Below, piece by piece: positions 48,190 through 57,923 of a stretch of DNA of 64,000 nt. Source of the DNA: an uncultured Candidatus Actinomarina sp. (lineage in GTDB: Bacteria; Actinomycetota; Acidimicrobiia; Actinomarinales; Actinomarinaceae). Positions within the stretch are counted from its first letter, which is position 1, and the number at the start of each line of letters is the position of its first letter. A program made the translations under genes and the position numbers. The DNA lies in NCBI GenBank assembly GCA_902578135.1, contig CACHBU010000003.1, forward strand, positions 9,001 to 73,000, read 5' to 3'. Below the pieces are notes generated by a model that saw only the letters and a program-made list of their open reading frames with translations, did no database searches and had not been told where the DNA came from.

Positions 48190-48702
48190 GTGGATAAAGT
48201 AATCGCACAAGTAATACCCGTCTTAATTGTTGTGGGAATTATATGGCTAATCATTGTATCAAATAAAAGGATAAATAATGCACTTTCTAGTGCTGCGGAG
48301 ACTTTGGGTTTTACTTATATACCCTCTAAAAACATATTCAGAAAGAAAAGAATATTTGGCGAATTAGATGGATATAACTGTGAAGTGGAAGTCTATACAA
48401 GAAGTCACGGTAAGTCCTCAACAACATATGTCTCTTTCTTTGCTTATTTTCCAGAGAGCTTTGATATGGGACTGAAGATTAATTGGCGAGGTGAGTTTGA
48501 TGGAGATGATGAGTATCTGACAGACCTATTTATAAAACGAAATGAAGAACTTATAGAAACATCAAAGAAGAATCTAAGAAGACTGAGAGTAGAGGATGCA
48601 TTTGTAAATTCGAGAAAAGTCTTATTTAGAAAATATTACAAAGCTGATGAGATTGTAAAGACAATGAGAGACGTACTTAATTTAGCAAAATCAATTAAGT
48701 AG
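48190..48702 (+). CDS. Hypothetical protein with N-terminal TM anchor (GTG start)
   Basis: 170-aa ORF with no recognisable motif. Confidence 0.45.
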   Translation: MDKVIAQVIPVLIVVGIIWLIIVSNKRINNALSSAAETLGFTYIPSKNIFRKKRIFGELDGYNCEVEVYTRSHGKSSTTYVSFFAYFPESFDMGLKINWRGEFDGDDEYLTDLFIKRNEELIETSKKNLRRLRVEDAFVNSRKVLFRKYYKADEIVKTMRDVLNLAKSIK

Positions 48703-48714
48703 CTTTTTTAGCCA

Positions 48715-48849
48715 CTAATCACGTACATCAGCCCAAAGGGAGTCTTTTTCCATTGGAGTGCGTAATAATCCAATTACCAATATTGCAAAAGTAGTTATTG
48801 GAAATAAAAGAATTAAAAACAAAGGGTACGATGTTATTGTTTCTATCAT
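48715..48849 (-). CDS. Candidate 44-aa single-TM small protein downstream of pntB
   Basis: Hand-translated ORF below the ORF-track cutoff: MIETITSYPLFLILLFPITTFAILVIGLLRTPMEKDSLWADVRD. No clear SD. Confidence 0.3.
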   Translation of the reverse strand: MIETITSYPLFLILLFPITTFAILVIGLLRTPMEKDSLWADVRD

Positions 48850-48956
48850 ATTTTTATTTTACTAAATTGAAATAGATCCTGCTAGGCATGACTATTTTTG
48901 TCTTATCTAAATCTTATTGTTTGTTTTAATTCTTTTTTAAAATCAGAAATAGAAAT

Positions 48957-50288
48957 TTAAACTAATTCAAAGGATTTAATGATATTCTCTAAGCCCTCTT
49001 TAGCGTCTGCAAACAACATTTTTGCATTGTCATTCACAAATAGTGGGTTTGCGATACCTGCATAGCCTGGTGACATAGATCTTTTTATCACGATGACTTG
49101 TTTTGCTAAGTCAACATCAAGTATTGGCATTCCATAAATTGGAGAATCTTCATCAGTTCTAGCCAATGGATTTACAACATCATTTGCTCCAAGAACTATT
49201 ACAACATCCGTTGAAGAGAACTCAGAATTTATATCTTCTAAGGTAAACATATCTTCATAGTCAATATCTACCTCAGCTAAGAGTACATTCATATGTCCAG
49301 GCATTCTTCCAGCAACTGGATGTATAGCAAACTTCACTTCAATGTTTTTATCTTTTAAGGTATTTGTTAATTCTTTGACAGCTGCCTGTGCTTGAGCTAC
49401 TGCCATTCCATATCCTGGAACAATAACTACAGATTCCGCATAGCTTAGTTGGATTGCTACATCTTCAGGGGAAGTGCTAATTGGATCTTTTTCATATTCA
49501 TTATTTATAGCTGTACCCCCAAAACCACCCTTGAGAACATCTAAAAGTGTACGATTCATTGCAGTACACATAAGTAAAGTAAGAATTATTCCTGATGCAC
49601 CAACTAAGGCACCAGCTACGATCAAAATAATACTATTTACAATAAACCCTGCTGACATCGCTGCAATTCCAGAAAGTGAATTTAAGAATGCTATGACAAC
49701 TGGCATATCTGCTCCACCAATTACCGCAACTCTTATAACTCCACCAATTAATGAAACCAAAATAATAAATTCAATTAATAAGTCATCCATTTCTAAAACT
49801 ACTGGAATTAATATAATCGTAGGTAAAAATACTGAAAATATATCTGCTAATTTTTTGTTGAAGTTATTTAATTTGCCACGAAGTTTCATTACTGCAACAA
49901 GACTTCCCGAGAATGTAAATATTCCAATAACCATTGAGAAGATTGCTACGAAAACATCAGAAATTGGTAAAGAATTACCGGAGAGCTCAACATAGGCAAT
50001 TGCACCGGAAGCTCCTCCGCCAAAGCCATTAAACAAACCAACTAGTTCTGGCATTTGTGTCATCTGAACTCGTTTTGAAATTAAAACTCCAAGTAGTCCT
50101 GAAACAAAAATTGTGATATAAAAAGCGGAATCATATTTTGAAAAATCAAAATTAAATGCACTAAAAACAGCTAATGCCATGGCTAACATTGCAAATATAT
50201 TTGCTCTATGTGCCGTTGACGGTCTTCCAAAGAGCTTCAAAGCAAAGATAAATAAAATAGATGAGACAAGTAATATTATTTCAATCAT
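48957..50288 (-). CDS. pntB: NAD(P) transhydrogenase subunit beta
   Basis: A polytopic N-terminal half and a dIII domain with GYGMAVAQAQ and IHPVAGRMPGHMNVLLAE. Confidence 0.93.
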   Translation of the reverse strand: MIEIILLVSSILFIFALKLFGRPSTAHRANIFAMLAMALAVFSAFNFDFSKYDSAFYITIFVSGLLGVLISKRVQMTQMPELVGLFNGFGGGASGAIAYVELSGNSLPISDVFVAIFSMVIGIFTFSGSLVAVMKLRGKLNNFNKKLADIFSVFLPTIILIPVVLEMDDLLIEFIILVSLIGGVIRVAVIGGADMPVVIAFLNSLSGIAAMSAGFIVNSIILIVAGALVGASGIILTLLMCTAMNRTLLDVLKGGFGGTAINNEYEKDPISTSPEDVAIQLSYAESVVIVPGYGMAVAQAQAAVKELTNTLKDKNIEVKFAIHPVAGRMPGHMNVLLAEVDIDYEDMFTLEDINSEFSSTDVVIVLGANDVVNPLARTDEDSPIYGMPILDVDLAKQVIVIKRSMSPGYAGIANPLFVNDNAKMLFADAKEGLENIIKSFELV

Positions 50289-50568
50289 TTTTCTTAAACA
50301 TTTCTAGTATTCGACCAGTCACTGAAAACCCGCCAACAATATTGAGAGTTGCAAATGCTATTGCAATTAAAACAATAATTTTGAGTAATTGTGACTCACC
50401 TACTTCTGGGTATATAAGAATTGCTGCAATCAATGTAATACCAGAAATAGCATTGGAACCAGACATCAAAGGAGTGTGTAATGTCTGTGGAATTTTAGAT
50501 ATAAGTTCATATCCAATAAAGCTTGCTAAAAACGTTATCAACAATGTAAGTAAAAACGTTGCTTCCAT
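50281..50568 (-). CDS. pntAB: NAD(P) transhydrogenase subunit alpha part 2
   Basis: 95 aa, 3 TM, with signature HTPLMSGSNAISGI. Confidence 0.9.
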   Translation of the reverse strand: MEATFLLTLLITFLASFIGYELISKIPQTLHTPLMSGSNAISGITLIAAILIYPEVGESQLLKIIVLIAIAFATLNIVGGFSVTGRILEMFKKND

Positions 50569-51581
50569 TATGAACTCATCTCCACAAAAATCTCGTCGTC
50601 ACTATTTTCTATATACAGTTCGATTAAATTTCTTACATTCTCTGAATACAGCTTTGTAGCTGCATGTTTAACAGTGTTTAAGATATCTGTTTCACCAACT
50701 ATCTTTACACCATTAATCTCAACAACTTTGTCTATCTCTGTTCCTTCACAGTTTCCACCTGTACCAGCAGCTAAGTCAATAATCACAGAATTATCTTTCA
50801 TGTTTTCAACAGTTGACTTTTCAATCAGGACAGGTGCTTTCTTTCCTGGTATTTGAGCAAATGTTAAAACAATATCGCTATCAATTAATTGTTTTTTTAA
50901 TGCTTCTTGAATTTTCTGATTCTCTTCTTCTGAAACTTCTTGTGCGTATACGCTATCTTGAGCTTCAGTACTAGCTTCAACAAATTTAGCACCTAAAGAC
51001 TCCACTTGGTCCTTGGCTTCTTTTCTAATATCAAAAGCCCATACTCTAGCCCCAAGTCTTTTTGCAGTTGCAATTGCTTGAAGGCCTGCAACTCCTACAC
51101 CAAGAATTAATACTTTTGATGGTTGTATATTTCCTGCTGCAGTTGTCATCATTGGCACTACATCTGATGTCTCTTTTGCTGCTCGTAAAACTGAGGCGTA
51201 ACCAAGCAAGTTTGCTTGAGAAGAAAGAGCATCAAGGTTTTGAGCTCTGGAAATTCTAGGAAGCTTAAAAAAACTTAATATCTTAATATCTGGCCTTAAG
51301 TTTTTAATCTCTTCAATTTTTTCAAAATCAAATATACCGATTAGGATTGCTCCTTCTTTAAGATCTTTAATTTTTTTATCTTCAATGTTTTCTACACAAG
51401 CAACAATGTCTAAATCACTTACTTTAGAAATAGTTTTAACATTATTTTGAATAGATTCTGAATACTTTAGATAATCAAATATATCTTTTTCTAAATGTAC
51501 ATCTAATGAATATTTTTCAATTGATTCAGGATGTATTGGGGCCCTGTAGCCGTTTTTATCAGTTAAAAATCCTATTTTCAT
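50568..51581 (-). CDS. pntAA: NAD(P) transhydrogenase subunit alpha part 1
   Basis: Alanine dehydrogenase/PNT fold with NAD site VLILGVGVAGLQA. Confidence 0.9.
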   Translation of the reverse strand: MKIGFLTDKNGYRAPIHPESIEKYSLDVHLEKDIFDYLKYSESIQNNVKTISKVSDLDIVACVENIEDKKIKDLKEGAILIGIFDFEKIEEIKNLRPDIKILSFFKLPRISRAQNLDALSSQANLLGYASVLRAAKETSDVVPMMTTAAGNIQPSKVLILGVGVAGLQAIATAKRLGARVWAFDIRKEAKDQVESLGAKFVEASTEAQDSVYAQEVSEEENQKIQEALKKQLIDSDIVLTFAQIPGKKAPVLIEKSTVENMKDNSVIIDLAAGTGGNCEGTEIDKVVEINGVKIVGETDILNTVKHAATKLYSENVRNLIELYIENSDDEIFVEMSS

Positions 51582-51604
51582 ACATTGTTATTTTAAATGT
51601 TCTC

Positions 51605-51847
51605 TTACGCTACTAAGAATTTTTCTAACTCTGCTGCAGCTGTAAGGAGGTTTAAATCACTGTTTTCAATACAATACAATTCTTCTTTGTAAGAAATAGC
51701 TAAATAATCAAACCTATTAATGAATATCTGCACATCTTCAAAGATTATGTTCGTAGAAAAGTAGATTTTTCCTTCTCTAATTAAAACTTCGTTTATGAAA
51801 GAATGATGAGAGAGATAACCTAATAGTTTTTCAAGAACATCTGACAT
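51605..51847 (-). CDS. Hypothetical 80-aa protein upstream of pntAA
   Basis: ORF only. It lies 23 nt upstream of pntAA on the same strand. Confidence 0.4.
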   Translation of the reverse strand: MSDVLEKLLGYLSHHSFINEVLIREGKIYFSTNIIFEDVQIFINRFDYLAISYKEELYCIENSDLNLLTAAAELEKFLVA

Positions 51848-51876
51848 ATTTAAATCTTACCAAATAAAATACATAC

Positions 51877-52917
51877 ATGAATATTGCTGTCTTTAGCGAC
51901 AAGTTTTCTGGTACATTAAGTGCCACTGAAGTTCTTAATATTGTTCAAGATAAGTTTTTGGATTCAAATATTGATGCAGACTTCTTTAGCGTTACCGATG
52001 GTGGACAGGAAAGTACAAGAATTTTTAAAAGTTATAATTTTCAAACTTATGAAAATTTTAAAACTTTAAATTCTGATAATGAGTTATCTGCAGTTGAGTC
52101 ATTAAATATAAACGAGAGTATTTTTTTTGAATCAGCTCAATTAATAGGTATTGATTCAGAAAAAAAATCTATGAGTATAAATTCAGGATGTTTGCTTGAA
52201 GCGCTTCAAAAAACAGAAGTCCTTGGAACAGGTGGTTCAAAGACTGTTGATTTTGGCATCGGACTCTTAAGTAGGCTGGGTATGGAATTCATCTCTAATG
52301 GTGAAACTATAGTAAATCCTGTTCCCAAAGACTTTTCTTATATAGATCAAATTAAAGTAACAAATTTTAAATCTAATTTAGAAAATAGAATTTTAAGTGA
52401 TACCCAAATTTCATTGTTAGGTGAGAATTCAGCTTTTGATGTTTTTGGTCCTCAAAAAGGTTTGTCTGAGAAAGATATTGAGAAACACAAGATAGAAGTT
52501 GAGAGATTGATAACTCTAATTGATAAAGAACTTGTTTTAGATTTAAATCCAACTGAGGTGAACTCAGGTGCAGCTGGTGGTTTAACGTTTACACTAAATC
52601 AAATTCTTGGTTGTGAAATTGACAACGGTGCAAAATACTTTTTAAAGGAAACGAATTTAATCAATCAATTAAAAACTTATGACATTGGTGTCTTTTGTGA
52701 AGGAAAATTTGATGAATCATCGTTAGAGGGAAAAATAATTGGAGAGTTATTGAAAAATTTTAAAGGACGTAGGTATTTTTTGGGTGGGCAGTATACAGCA
52801 AAAAATGAAGATATCTTTACAAGCTATTTCCAATGTGGGCCTGAAGGTATCAGTGATCCAAAAAGGTCATTAGAGATTGCTACAAATGAATTAATTAAAG
52901 AAATACAAAAGTATTAA
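51877..52917 (+). CDS. Glycerate kinase family protein (divergent)
   Basis: N-terminus IAVFSDKFSGTLSATEV resembles the glycerate kinase motif APDSFKGSLSA. C-terminal FCEGKFDESSLEGK resembles TGEGxxDxQxxxGK. Confidence 0.6.
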   Translation: MNIAVFSDKFSGTLSATEVLNIVQDKFLDSNIDADFFSVTDGGQESTRIFKSYNFQTYENFKTLNSDNELSAVESLNINESIFFESAQLIGIDSEKKSMSINSGCLLEALQKTEVLGTGGSKTVDFGIGLLSRLGMEFISNGETIVNPVPKDFSYIDQIKVTNFKSNLENRILSDTQISLLGENSAFDVFGPQKGLSEKDIEKHKIEVERLITLIDKELVLDLNPTEVNSGAAGGLTFTLNQILGCEIDNGAKYFLKETNLINQLKTYDIGVFCEGKFDESSLEGKIIGELLKNFKGRRYFLGGQYTAKNEDIFTSYFQCGPEGISDPKRSLEIATNELIKEIQKY

Positions 52918-52926
52918 TATCTCATT

Positions 52927-53184
52927 ATGACAATTCCTTCACCATGTATAAGTGTTTGTGTAACAGATCCTGGTAGTGATTTATGTTACGGATGTGCAAG
53001 GACTACACCTGAAATAGCCAAGTGGTCAAAATTTACAGATGAAGAAAAAAAACAAGTAATTGAAAGAAGCAGATCCAGAATGTCAGGGTGGCAGTTAGAG
53101 GCTTTTGATAAGGCCTATAAGGAAATTTTAGAAACCGGTTCCAGTCCAATAAAAAAGCAAAAGCTACAAAACAAACAAGACTAG
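52927..53184 (+). CDS. DUF1289 domain protein (putative Fe-S/Cys-cluster protein)
   Basis: SPCISVCVTDPGSDLCYGCARTTPEIAKW matches the DUF1289 Cys pattern. Confidence 0.7.
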   Translation: MTIPSPCISVCVTDPGSDLCYGCARTTPEIAKWSKFTDEEKKQVIERSRSRMSGWQLEAFDKAYKEILETGSSPIKKQKLQNKQD

Positions 53185-53696
53185 TTATCTTCTAAAATTT
53201 TTTGAGCCTTTGTTCTAACAACTTTTCTTTCATCATTTTTGAATCTCTTAGCAACTTCTATCAGATTTAATTTAAGAGACTTGTCTGACTTTGAAAGCTT
53301 TTCTAGAAGCTTCATGCCCTGAGCAAGAATCATCCAATCGCTACTGTTTTTTGTCCAGTTCAAAACAATTGTTTTAATTTTACTTACTTCCTTTTCTTCA
53401 AAATGATTTAGAAAATCAAAATAAATAGTTATGAGTCCTAGTTTTACAACATTATGTTTTGAATTAGAAAATTGATTTAAAAATCTATCTTTATTTTTTA
53501 GAAAAACTTTTTTGTCGTCTTTGATAATTCTCTTTACTCCATTCATTGCCCTCATTGCAACAAGTGAATTTTCGGAATAAAAGCATTGAAATAAATGCTC
53601 TACTTTTTTTGGATTTTTTTTAATAAAATCCACAACTTTTAAAGTTTCTCCAAGAGAATTTTGCTTACCTTTGCTTAGCTCAAGCTCGAAGTTCAT
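53181..53696 (-). CDS. Hypothetical all-helical (HEAT/AlkD-like?) protein
   Basis: 171-aa ORF. The resemblance to DNA-alkylation-repair-type helical repeats is weak. Confidence 0.4.
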   Translation of the reverse strand: MNFELELSKGKQNSLGETLKVVDFIKKNPKKVEHLFQCFYSENSLVAMRAMNGVKRIIKDDKKVFLKNKDRFLNQFSNSKHNVVKLGLITIYFDFLNHFEEKEVSKIKTIVLNWTKNSSDWMILAQGMKLLEKLSKSDKSLKLNLIEVAKRFKNDERKVVRTKAQKILEDN

Positions 53697-53860
53697 TTTT
53701 CTTTTTTTTGTATAACTCTGTAGTAAACAAGAAATGCTACAAAAGCTAAGAAAGCTAATATATTTGTTAAATTAAAAGGATCTGGCATATCAGCCCAAAC
53801 ACCTGTTCCAAATGCTAAAAACCAAGTTATAACTGCAAGTAGAGGCCAGTTAATTTTCAT
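53693..53860 (-). CDS. Candidate 55-aa two-TM small membrane protein
   Basis: Hand-translated ORF: MKINWPLLAVITWFLAFGTGVWADMPDPFNLTNILAFLAFVAFLVYYRVIQKKEK. Its stop overlaps the next gene's ATG (ATGA). Confidence 0.45.
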   Translation of the reverse strand: MKINWPLLAVITWFLAFGTGVWADMPDPFNLTNILAFLAFVAFLVYYRVIQKKEK

Positions 53861-53872
53861 AAAGGTAGCCTA

Positions 53873-56800
53873 TCATGAATTTTTGCTCACCAATGGAATG
53901 CTTGCAAGTAGATCAGTTGGAATGTCATCTACTGACCCTTCATAATTACCATATGAACTTAAAAATTCTTCCTGAACTCCTTCATCAGGAAAAATGACAT
54001 CAAAAATATTTGGATGATTAACAACATTTGAAGCTCCACCGCCTCTGTACTGTTCCGCTGACGGATTGATTTCTCTAATTCTTGATCCATTAGGTCCATA
54101 GCCATCTTGAGACATCATAATTACTCCATAGTGCCATTCTTCAGGATTTCCACCACCAAGCTGGCTTTCAATATCAAGTTTTACAACTATTACACCTTTG
54201 TCTGGTACAACGACAATATCAAATTGATTAGTCACTAATTCTGACTCTCCACTTGGTAGTGACTTCCAAATCTGTGGTTCCCACCCTTCAATCACAATAT
54301 GATATTCCCAACCAGACCCATCTGGCATTTTTCCAAACCTATAGTTACCTAGCTGTTTTACTCCAGTGTCAGATCCAAAGTCTTTATCAATATACACATC
54401 AATTGTTTGGACAGATAGACTTCTTGGAGATCCCCACGGGTTTTTTACAGCACTTAAAATATCAAAATTCATAACAAGACTTCCATCCGCGATACCTGCT
54501 GAAAAGCCCTCAAAATCGTAGCTTCCAGGTATAAAGACACCGTCTGTTGGGTAGGTGTAGGAACCTTCTCCATGATCATCTTTAATTGGATCTTTTATAT
54601 CTAAAAATAGCTCAACATTTGAAACTTCAGGAACAAATAATGCAAGAGGCCTAGATGGCTGGATGTAGGTATCAAAAGAATCTGAATAAAGTCGGAGTTT
54701 AATCTTGTCTCCGAAACTCAGTGAACCTAATTCATCGAGTGGAATTTTTAGATAAAGTTCATTTCCAAAAGCAGAAATCTCTGTTGTTTCCTTAGTTAAG
54801 CAGTTTGTTGAAAATGTTACTTCTTTAACACTTCCCTCATTAGGTAAATCTCTTTTTGTACACGTAAAATATGAACCATTTTGAAGTTCTTCACCACGAT
54901 GAAATATTGCCTGAGTGGTTTCAATGCCTATAAATTCTTGATTTGAAACTACGCCATCTTTAAATGGAACTGAAGACCTTCTAATCTTTGTTCTGGACGG
55001 ACTTTCTAAATAGATATCTAGATCAGTATTTTGCCAAGGATTAGATTCCTGCATTGCTGAGGAGGATTTTTGTATAGAAATATATAAATGTTCATCTGAG
55101 AATCTATATTGGATTTTTGAAATTGTATCTGAAGTCTCTATTTCTCCAGCATCGCTCCATATCTTTGCATTTGTTGATCCATTTACAAGTAAAGCTTGAT
55201 TTGAATTCAAAATTGAATCTGATTGCTTATCAAATAATTGAGCAGCAGGAGAAATAATAGGAATATCTAAATAGGACGGGGGTTCTTGAGCGAGCGATGT
55301 ATAAACATTTTTAAGAAGGTTTCTAAATGCTGAACCAAAGTAATCATCATTTCCGCTGGATTGATCACTACCATACCACCAGAACCAATCTGAACCTTCT
55401 GCCAACAGCATATAATCAAATGCCTTTTCTAGTTGTTCCACTGTATATTCATCAGATGCATTCGATCTATCATAGAAAGCTCTTGTTTTTTGCAAATAAT
55501 CCCATGCATATGCCTCTTCAGTCTCTCCTATCCATGTAGCAAAATTTGGTTGAAACCAAGATGCTGGAAATACTTTATCTAATTTATCAATTTGGGGCCC
55601 ATATTTTTCAATATACTCAGTTGGAGTTGTTGTTTTTAACCAGTCTGTAGTCGTGAGCGTTTCGTACATTAAGCTTAGAAAGTCTATACCATCATTTTGA
55701 TAATGCTCCCATGCATTCTCACCATCTAACACGATAGAAACAACAAGTGGCCTATCTAATGTCACACTTACTTCTCTTGCGGCTTCCAGTGCCGCCATCA
55801 TATCTGCAACTGCCATCTCAGGAGACATTCCGCTGTAAGTAAAACCAACCTGATCAGATATAGATAAGTCTCTAAAGAAAATAGCAACATCATCCTGTCT
55901 GTTTAGTTGACCATACCATGGTGTATAAAGGACTTCCGGATTAGTAACGATGCCTTTTGTGTTTCTTTTAAATGTTGGGATATCTAAAGACTTAGACAAT
56001 ACATGTTCACCTGTTGCAATCCACTTTATACCTTCTTTAGCAAACATGCCTAAGACTTCTTGTGAAACGGCTCCCTCAGCTGGCCACATTCCAGTAGGTC
56101 TTTGACCTAGAAGTTCCTCAGCTAAATCCAACCCTTTCTCAACTTGAATTGCAGCATCTGTGGGTTTACTGAATCTATTTTTTGGCAACTCAGCTCCTAT
56201 ATCTCCTACTGAGGCCAAGTTTGTATCAAATATTAAAGGAAGAATTGGATGTGCATACGGGGTAGTAGTTATTTCAATCTGACCAGTTTTCCACAACTCA
56301 GCATGGGTTGGGATAACTTTATCAATTAGTTTTGAATGCTCATTCAACAGAACAAATTTATCATCTTCAGAAAAGTCTCTACCTTTACTAACAAGATTTT
56401 TTAATGGTTCTTGTGCTAAATATTTTGGATCTGTCCATGCCAAATTAAATAATAGTTGTAGATCTCTATAGTCTTGATTTGTCCAGGAAGATGAGTTCTG
56501 ACTAGAATTTCTAAGTTCTACATATCTTGGAAATCGTGCAATTACTTTTGGATTTGTATCAAAAAAACGAGAAATAATAAATTTTTTATCATCTGGAGTC
56601 AAAATATCTGCATCGATTTCTGTGTAGTACCAATATAAATCTTTCGCACCATTTGAGAAATCTTCAAGTTGTCTTAATAAAACTGGCGTTAAATTAAATG
56701 TGGCTTTCATCTCTGGATAGTCAGAAACTAACTCAACCATATCAAGATAATCCTTAGTTGCATGAACTCTCACCCAGGGTCTCGTGTAATAGCCATCATC

Positions 56801-56983
56801 ATTTTTTGTATAAAATGGCTGATGTTGATGCCACATTAACATCACATATAACTCTGGCTCTTCTTCAACAATCTCTTGCTCATTCATTATTGTCGTGGTG
56901 ATTTTATCAATGACATCATTATCTGCTGATGGCTGAGAACAAAATACAAAAAGTAACATCAAAAGTATGCTGAATTTTTTCAT
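53873..56983 (-). CDS. Secreted glycoside hydrolase family 57 enzyme (amylopullulanase/alpha-amylase-like) with C-terminal glucodextranase-like domain
   Basis: GH57 N-terminal signature [11 protein letters not shown] and GENAWEHY. The C-terminus ([20 protein letters not shown]...NPWGSP...[11 protein letters not shown]) resembles the Glucodextran_C module. The start is set at Met13, which begins the signal peptide [17 protein letters not shown]. The longest ORF reaches 57019. Confidence 0.8.
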   Translation of the reverse strand: MKKFSILLMLLFVFCSQPSADNDVIDKITTTIMNEQEIVEEEPELYVMLMWHQHQPFYTKNDDGYYTRPWVRVHATKDYLDMVELVSDYPEMKATFNLTPVLLRQLEDFSNGAKDLYWYYTEIDADILTPDDKKFIISRFFDTNPKVIARFPRYVELRNSSQNSSSWTNQDYRDLQLLFNLAWTDPKYLAQEPLKNLVSKGRDFSEDDKFVLLNEHSKLIDKVIPTHAELWKTGQIEITTTPYAHPILPLIFDTNLASVGDIGAELPKNRFSKPTDAAIQVEKGLDLAEELLGQRPTGMWPAEGAVSQEVLGMFAKEGIKWIATGEHVLSKSLDIPTFKRNTKGIVTNPEVLYTPWYGQLNRQDDVAIFFRDLSISDQVGFTYSGMSPEMAVADMMAALEAAREVSVTLDRPLVVSIVLDGENAWEHYQNDGIDFLSLMYETLTTTDWLKTTTPTEYIEKYGPQIDKLDKVFPASWFQPNFATWIGETEEAYAWDYLQKTRAFYDRSNASDEYTVEQLEKAFDYMLLAEGSDWFWWYGSDQSSGNDDYFGSAFRNLLKNVYTSLAQEPPSYLDIPIISPAAQLFDKQSDSILNSNQALLVNGSTNAKIWSDAGEIETSDTISKIQYRFSDEHLYISIQKSSSAMQESNPWQNTDLDIYLESPSRTKIRRSSVPFKDGVVSNQEFIGIETTQAIFHRGEELQNGSYFTCTKRDLPNEGSVKEVTFSTNCLTKETTEISAFGNELYLKIPLDELGSLSFGDKIKLRLYSDSFDTYIQPSRPLALFVPEVSNVELFLDIKDPIKDDHGEGSYTYPTDGVFIPGSYDFEGFSAGIADGSLVMNFDILSAVKNPWGSPRSLSVQTIDVYIDKDFGSDTGVKQLGNYRFGKMPDGSGWEYHIVIEGWEPQIWKSLPSGESELVTNQFDIVVVPDKGVIVVKLDIESQLGGGNPEEWHYGVIMMSQDGYGPNGSRIREINPSAEQYRGGGASNVVNHPNIFDVIFPDEGVQEEFLSSYGNYEGSVDDIPTDLLASIPLVSKNS

Positions 56984-57004
56984 CTTTAAGATATCATAAT
57001 CTCT

Positions 57005-57481
57005 ATGGTAGAAATTCATAATACTGTTACAAAAGTCTTTGAAGAAAATAAAGAAGCTCTAGAAATTTTTGAATGTAAAGATGAATTCTCAGATACTCAA
57101 AACTTCTGTGATTACTACGGATTTGATATTGAAGATTCATGTAATGCAATTTTAATAAAAGCAAAGAAGCCTGAAGAATTCTATGCAATGTTTTGTGTAC
57201 TAGGCTCAACAAGACTAGATGTAAATCAAAAAGCAAAAACTGCTATGGGTGCAAAAAGAGTAAGTTTTGCATCTAGAGAAGAAGCAGAAGAAGTAACCAA
57301 TCAAACATATGGTGGAATCAGTCCTCTAGGATTACCTGATAATATAAAAATATTTATTGATAAAAATGTTATGAGTAGAGAAAAACTATTTATAGGTGCT
57401 GGTAATAGAGTATCTAAATTTTTCCTATCTCCAGAATCATTGGTTGATTTAACTGACGCAGAAGTTTTAGATTTAACCTAG
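57005..57481 (+). CDS. YbaK/ProX-family aminoacyl-tRNA editing domain protein
   Basis: 158 aa with GGISPLG and the overall YbaK pattern. Confidence 0.65.
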   Translation: MVEIHNTVTKVFEENKEALEIFECKDEFSDTQNFCDYYGFDIEDSCNAILIKAKKPEEFYAMFCVLGSTRLDVNQKAKTAMGAKRVSFASREEAEEVTNQTYGGISPLGLPDNIKIFIDKNVMSREKLFIGAGNRVSKFFLSPESLVDLTDAEVLDLT

Positions 57482-57916
57482 GCCAGATCTACATAAGCTG
57501 GCTGCTTGAGGAAGTAGTGCTTGTCCATTAAAGCCTGGAAATCTTCCGCCCTGTAAATACGTTCTAAGACTCCCCTTAATATTCTCGAACTCATCTGGAT
57601 CAAGTGTTTGGGGTTCCAATAGTATCTGTAGACTATCTGGTAATCTTTCCTCTAAAAATTCCCTTTGATAACTATCTAAATTATCAACGTACTCTGAAAG
57701 AAGATTTACAGACACCTCATAGCTATCAATGACTTCAACACAATTTTCATATTCAATTTTTGTAAGAGGGCTTGTGTCAACTTCATAATCTACTCTGTAT
57801 TGAAAAAACAAAACTATTGCAATAAATATTAAAAGTGAATACAACAAAAACTTTAATGGAAAAAGAACAATCTTTTTTACAGGCCAAAGTACTAATTTAA
57901 ATAATCTTTTAAACAT
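57473..57916 (-). CDS. Hypothetical membrane-anchored protein
   Basis: 147-aa ORF with N-terminal TM segments. Confidence 0.4.
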   Translation of the reverse strand: MFKRLFKLVLWPVKKIVLFPLKFLLYSLLIFIAIVLFFQYRVDYEVDTSPLTKIEYENCVEVIDSYEVSVNLLSEYVDNLDSYQREFLEERLPDSLQILLEPQTLDPDEFENIKGSLRTYLQGGRFPGFNGQALLPQAASLCRSGLG

Positions 57917-57923
57917 ATGTTTT

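Noticed and set aside
49474-49995. Long antisense ORFs inside pntB (49474-49995), the cytochrome c gene (63188-63862), bioY (33073-33501), fabH (36980-37318) and ppdK (several).
   Set aside because: They lie opposite well-supported conserved genes, have low-complexity or odd composition and lack start-site signals. They are typical shadow ORFs.
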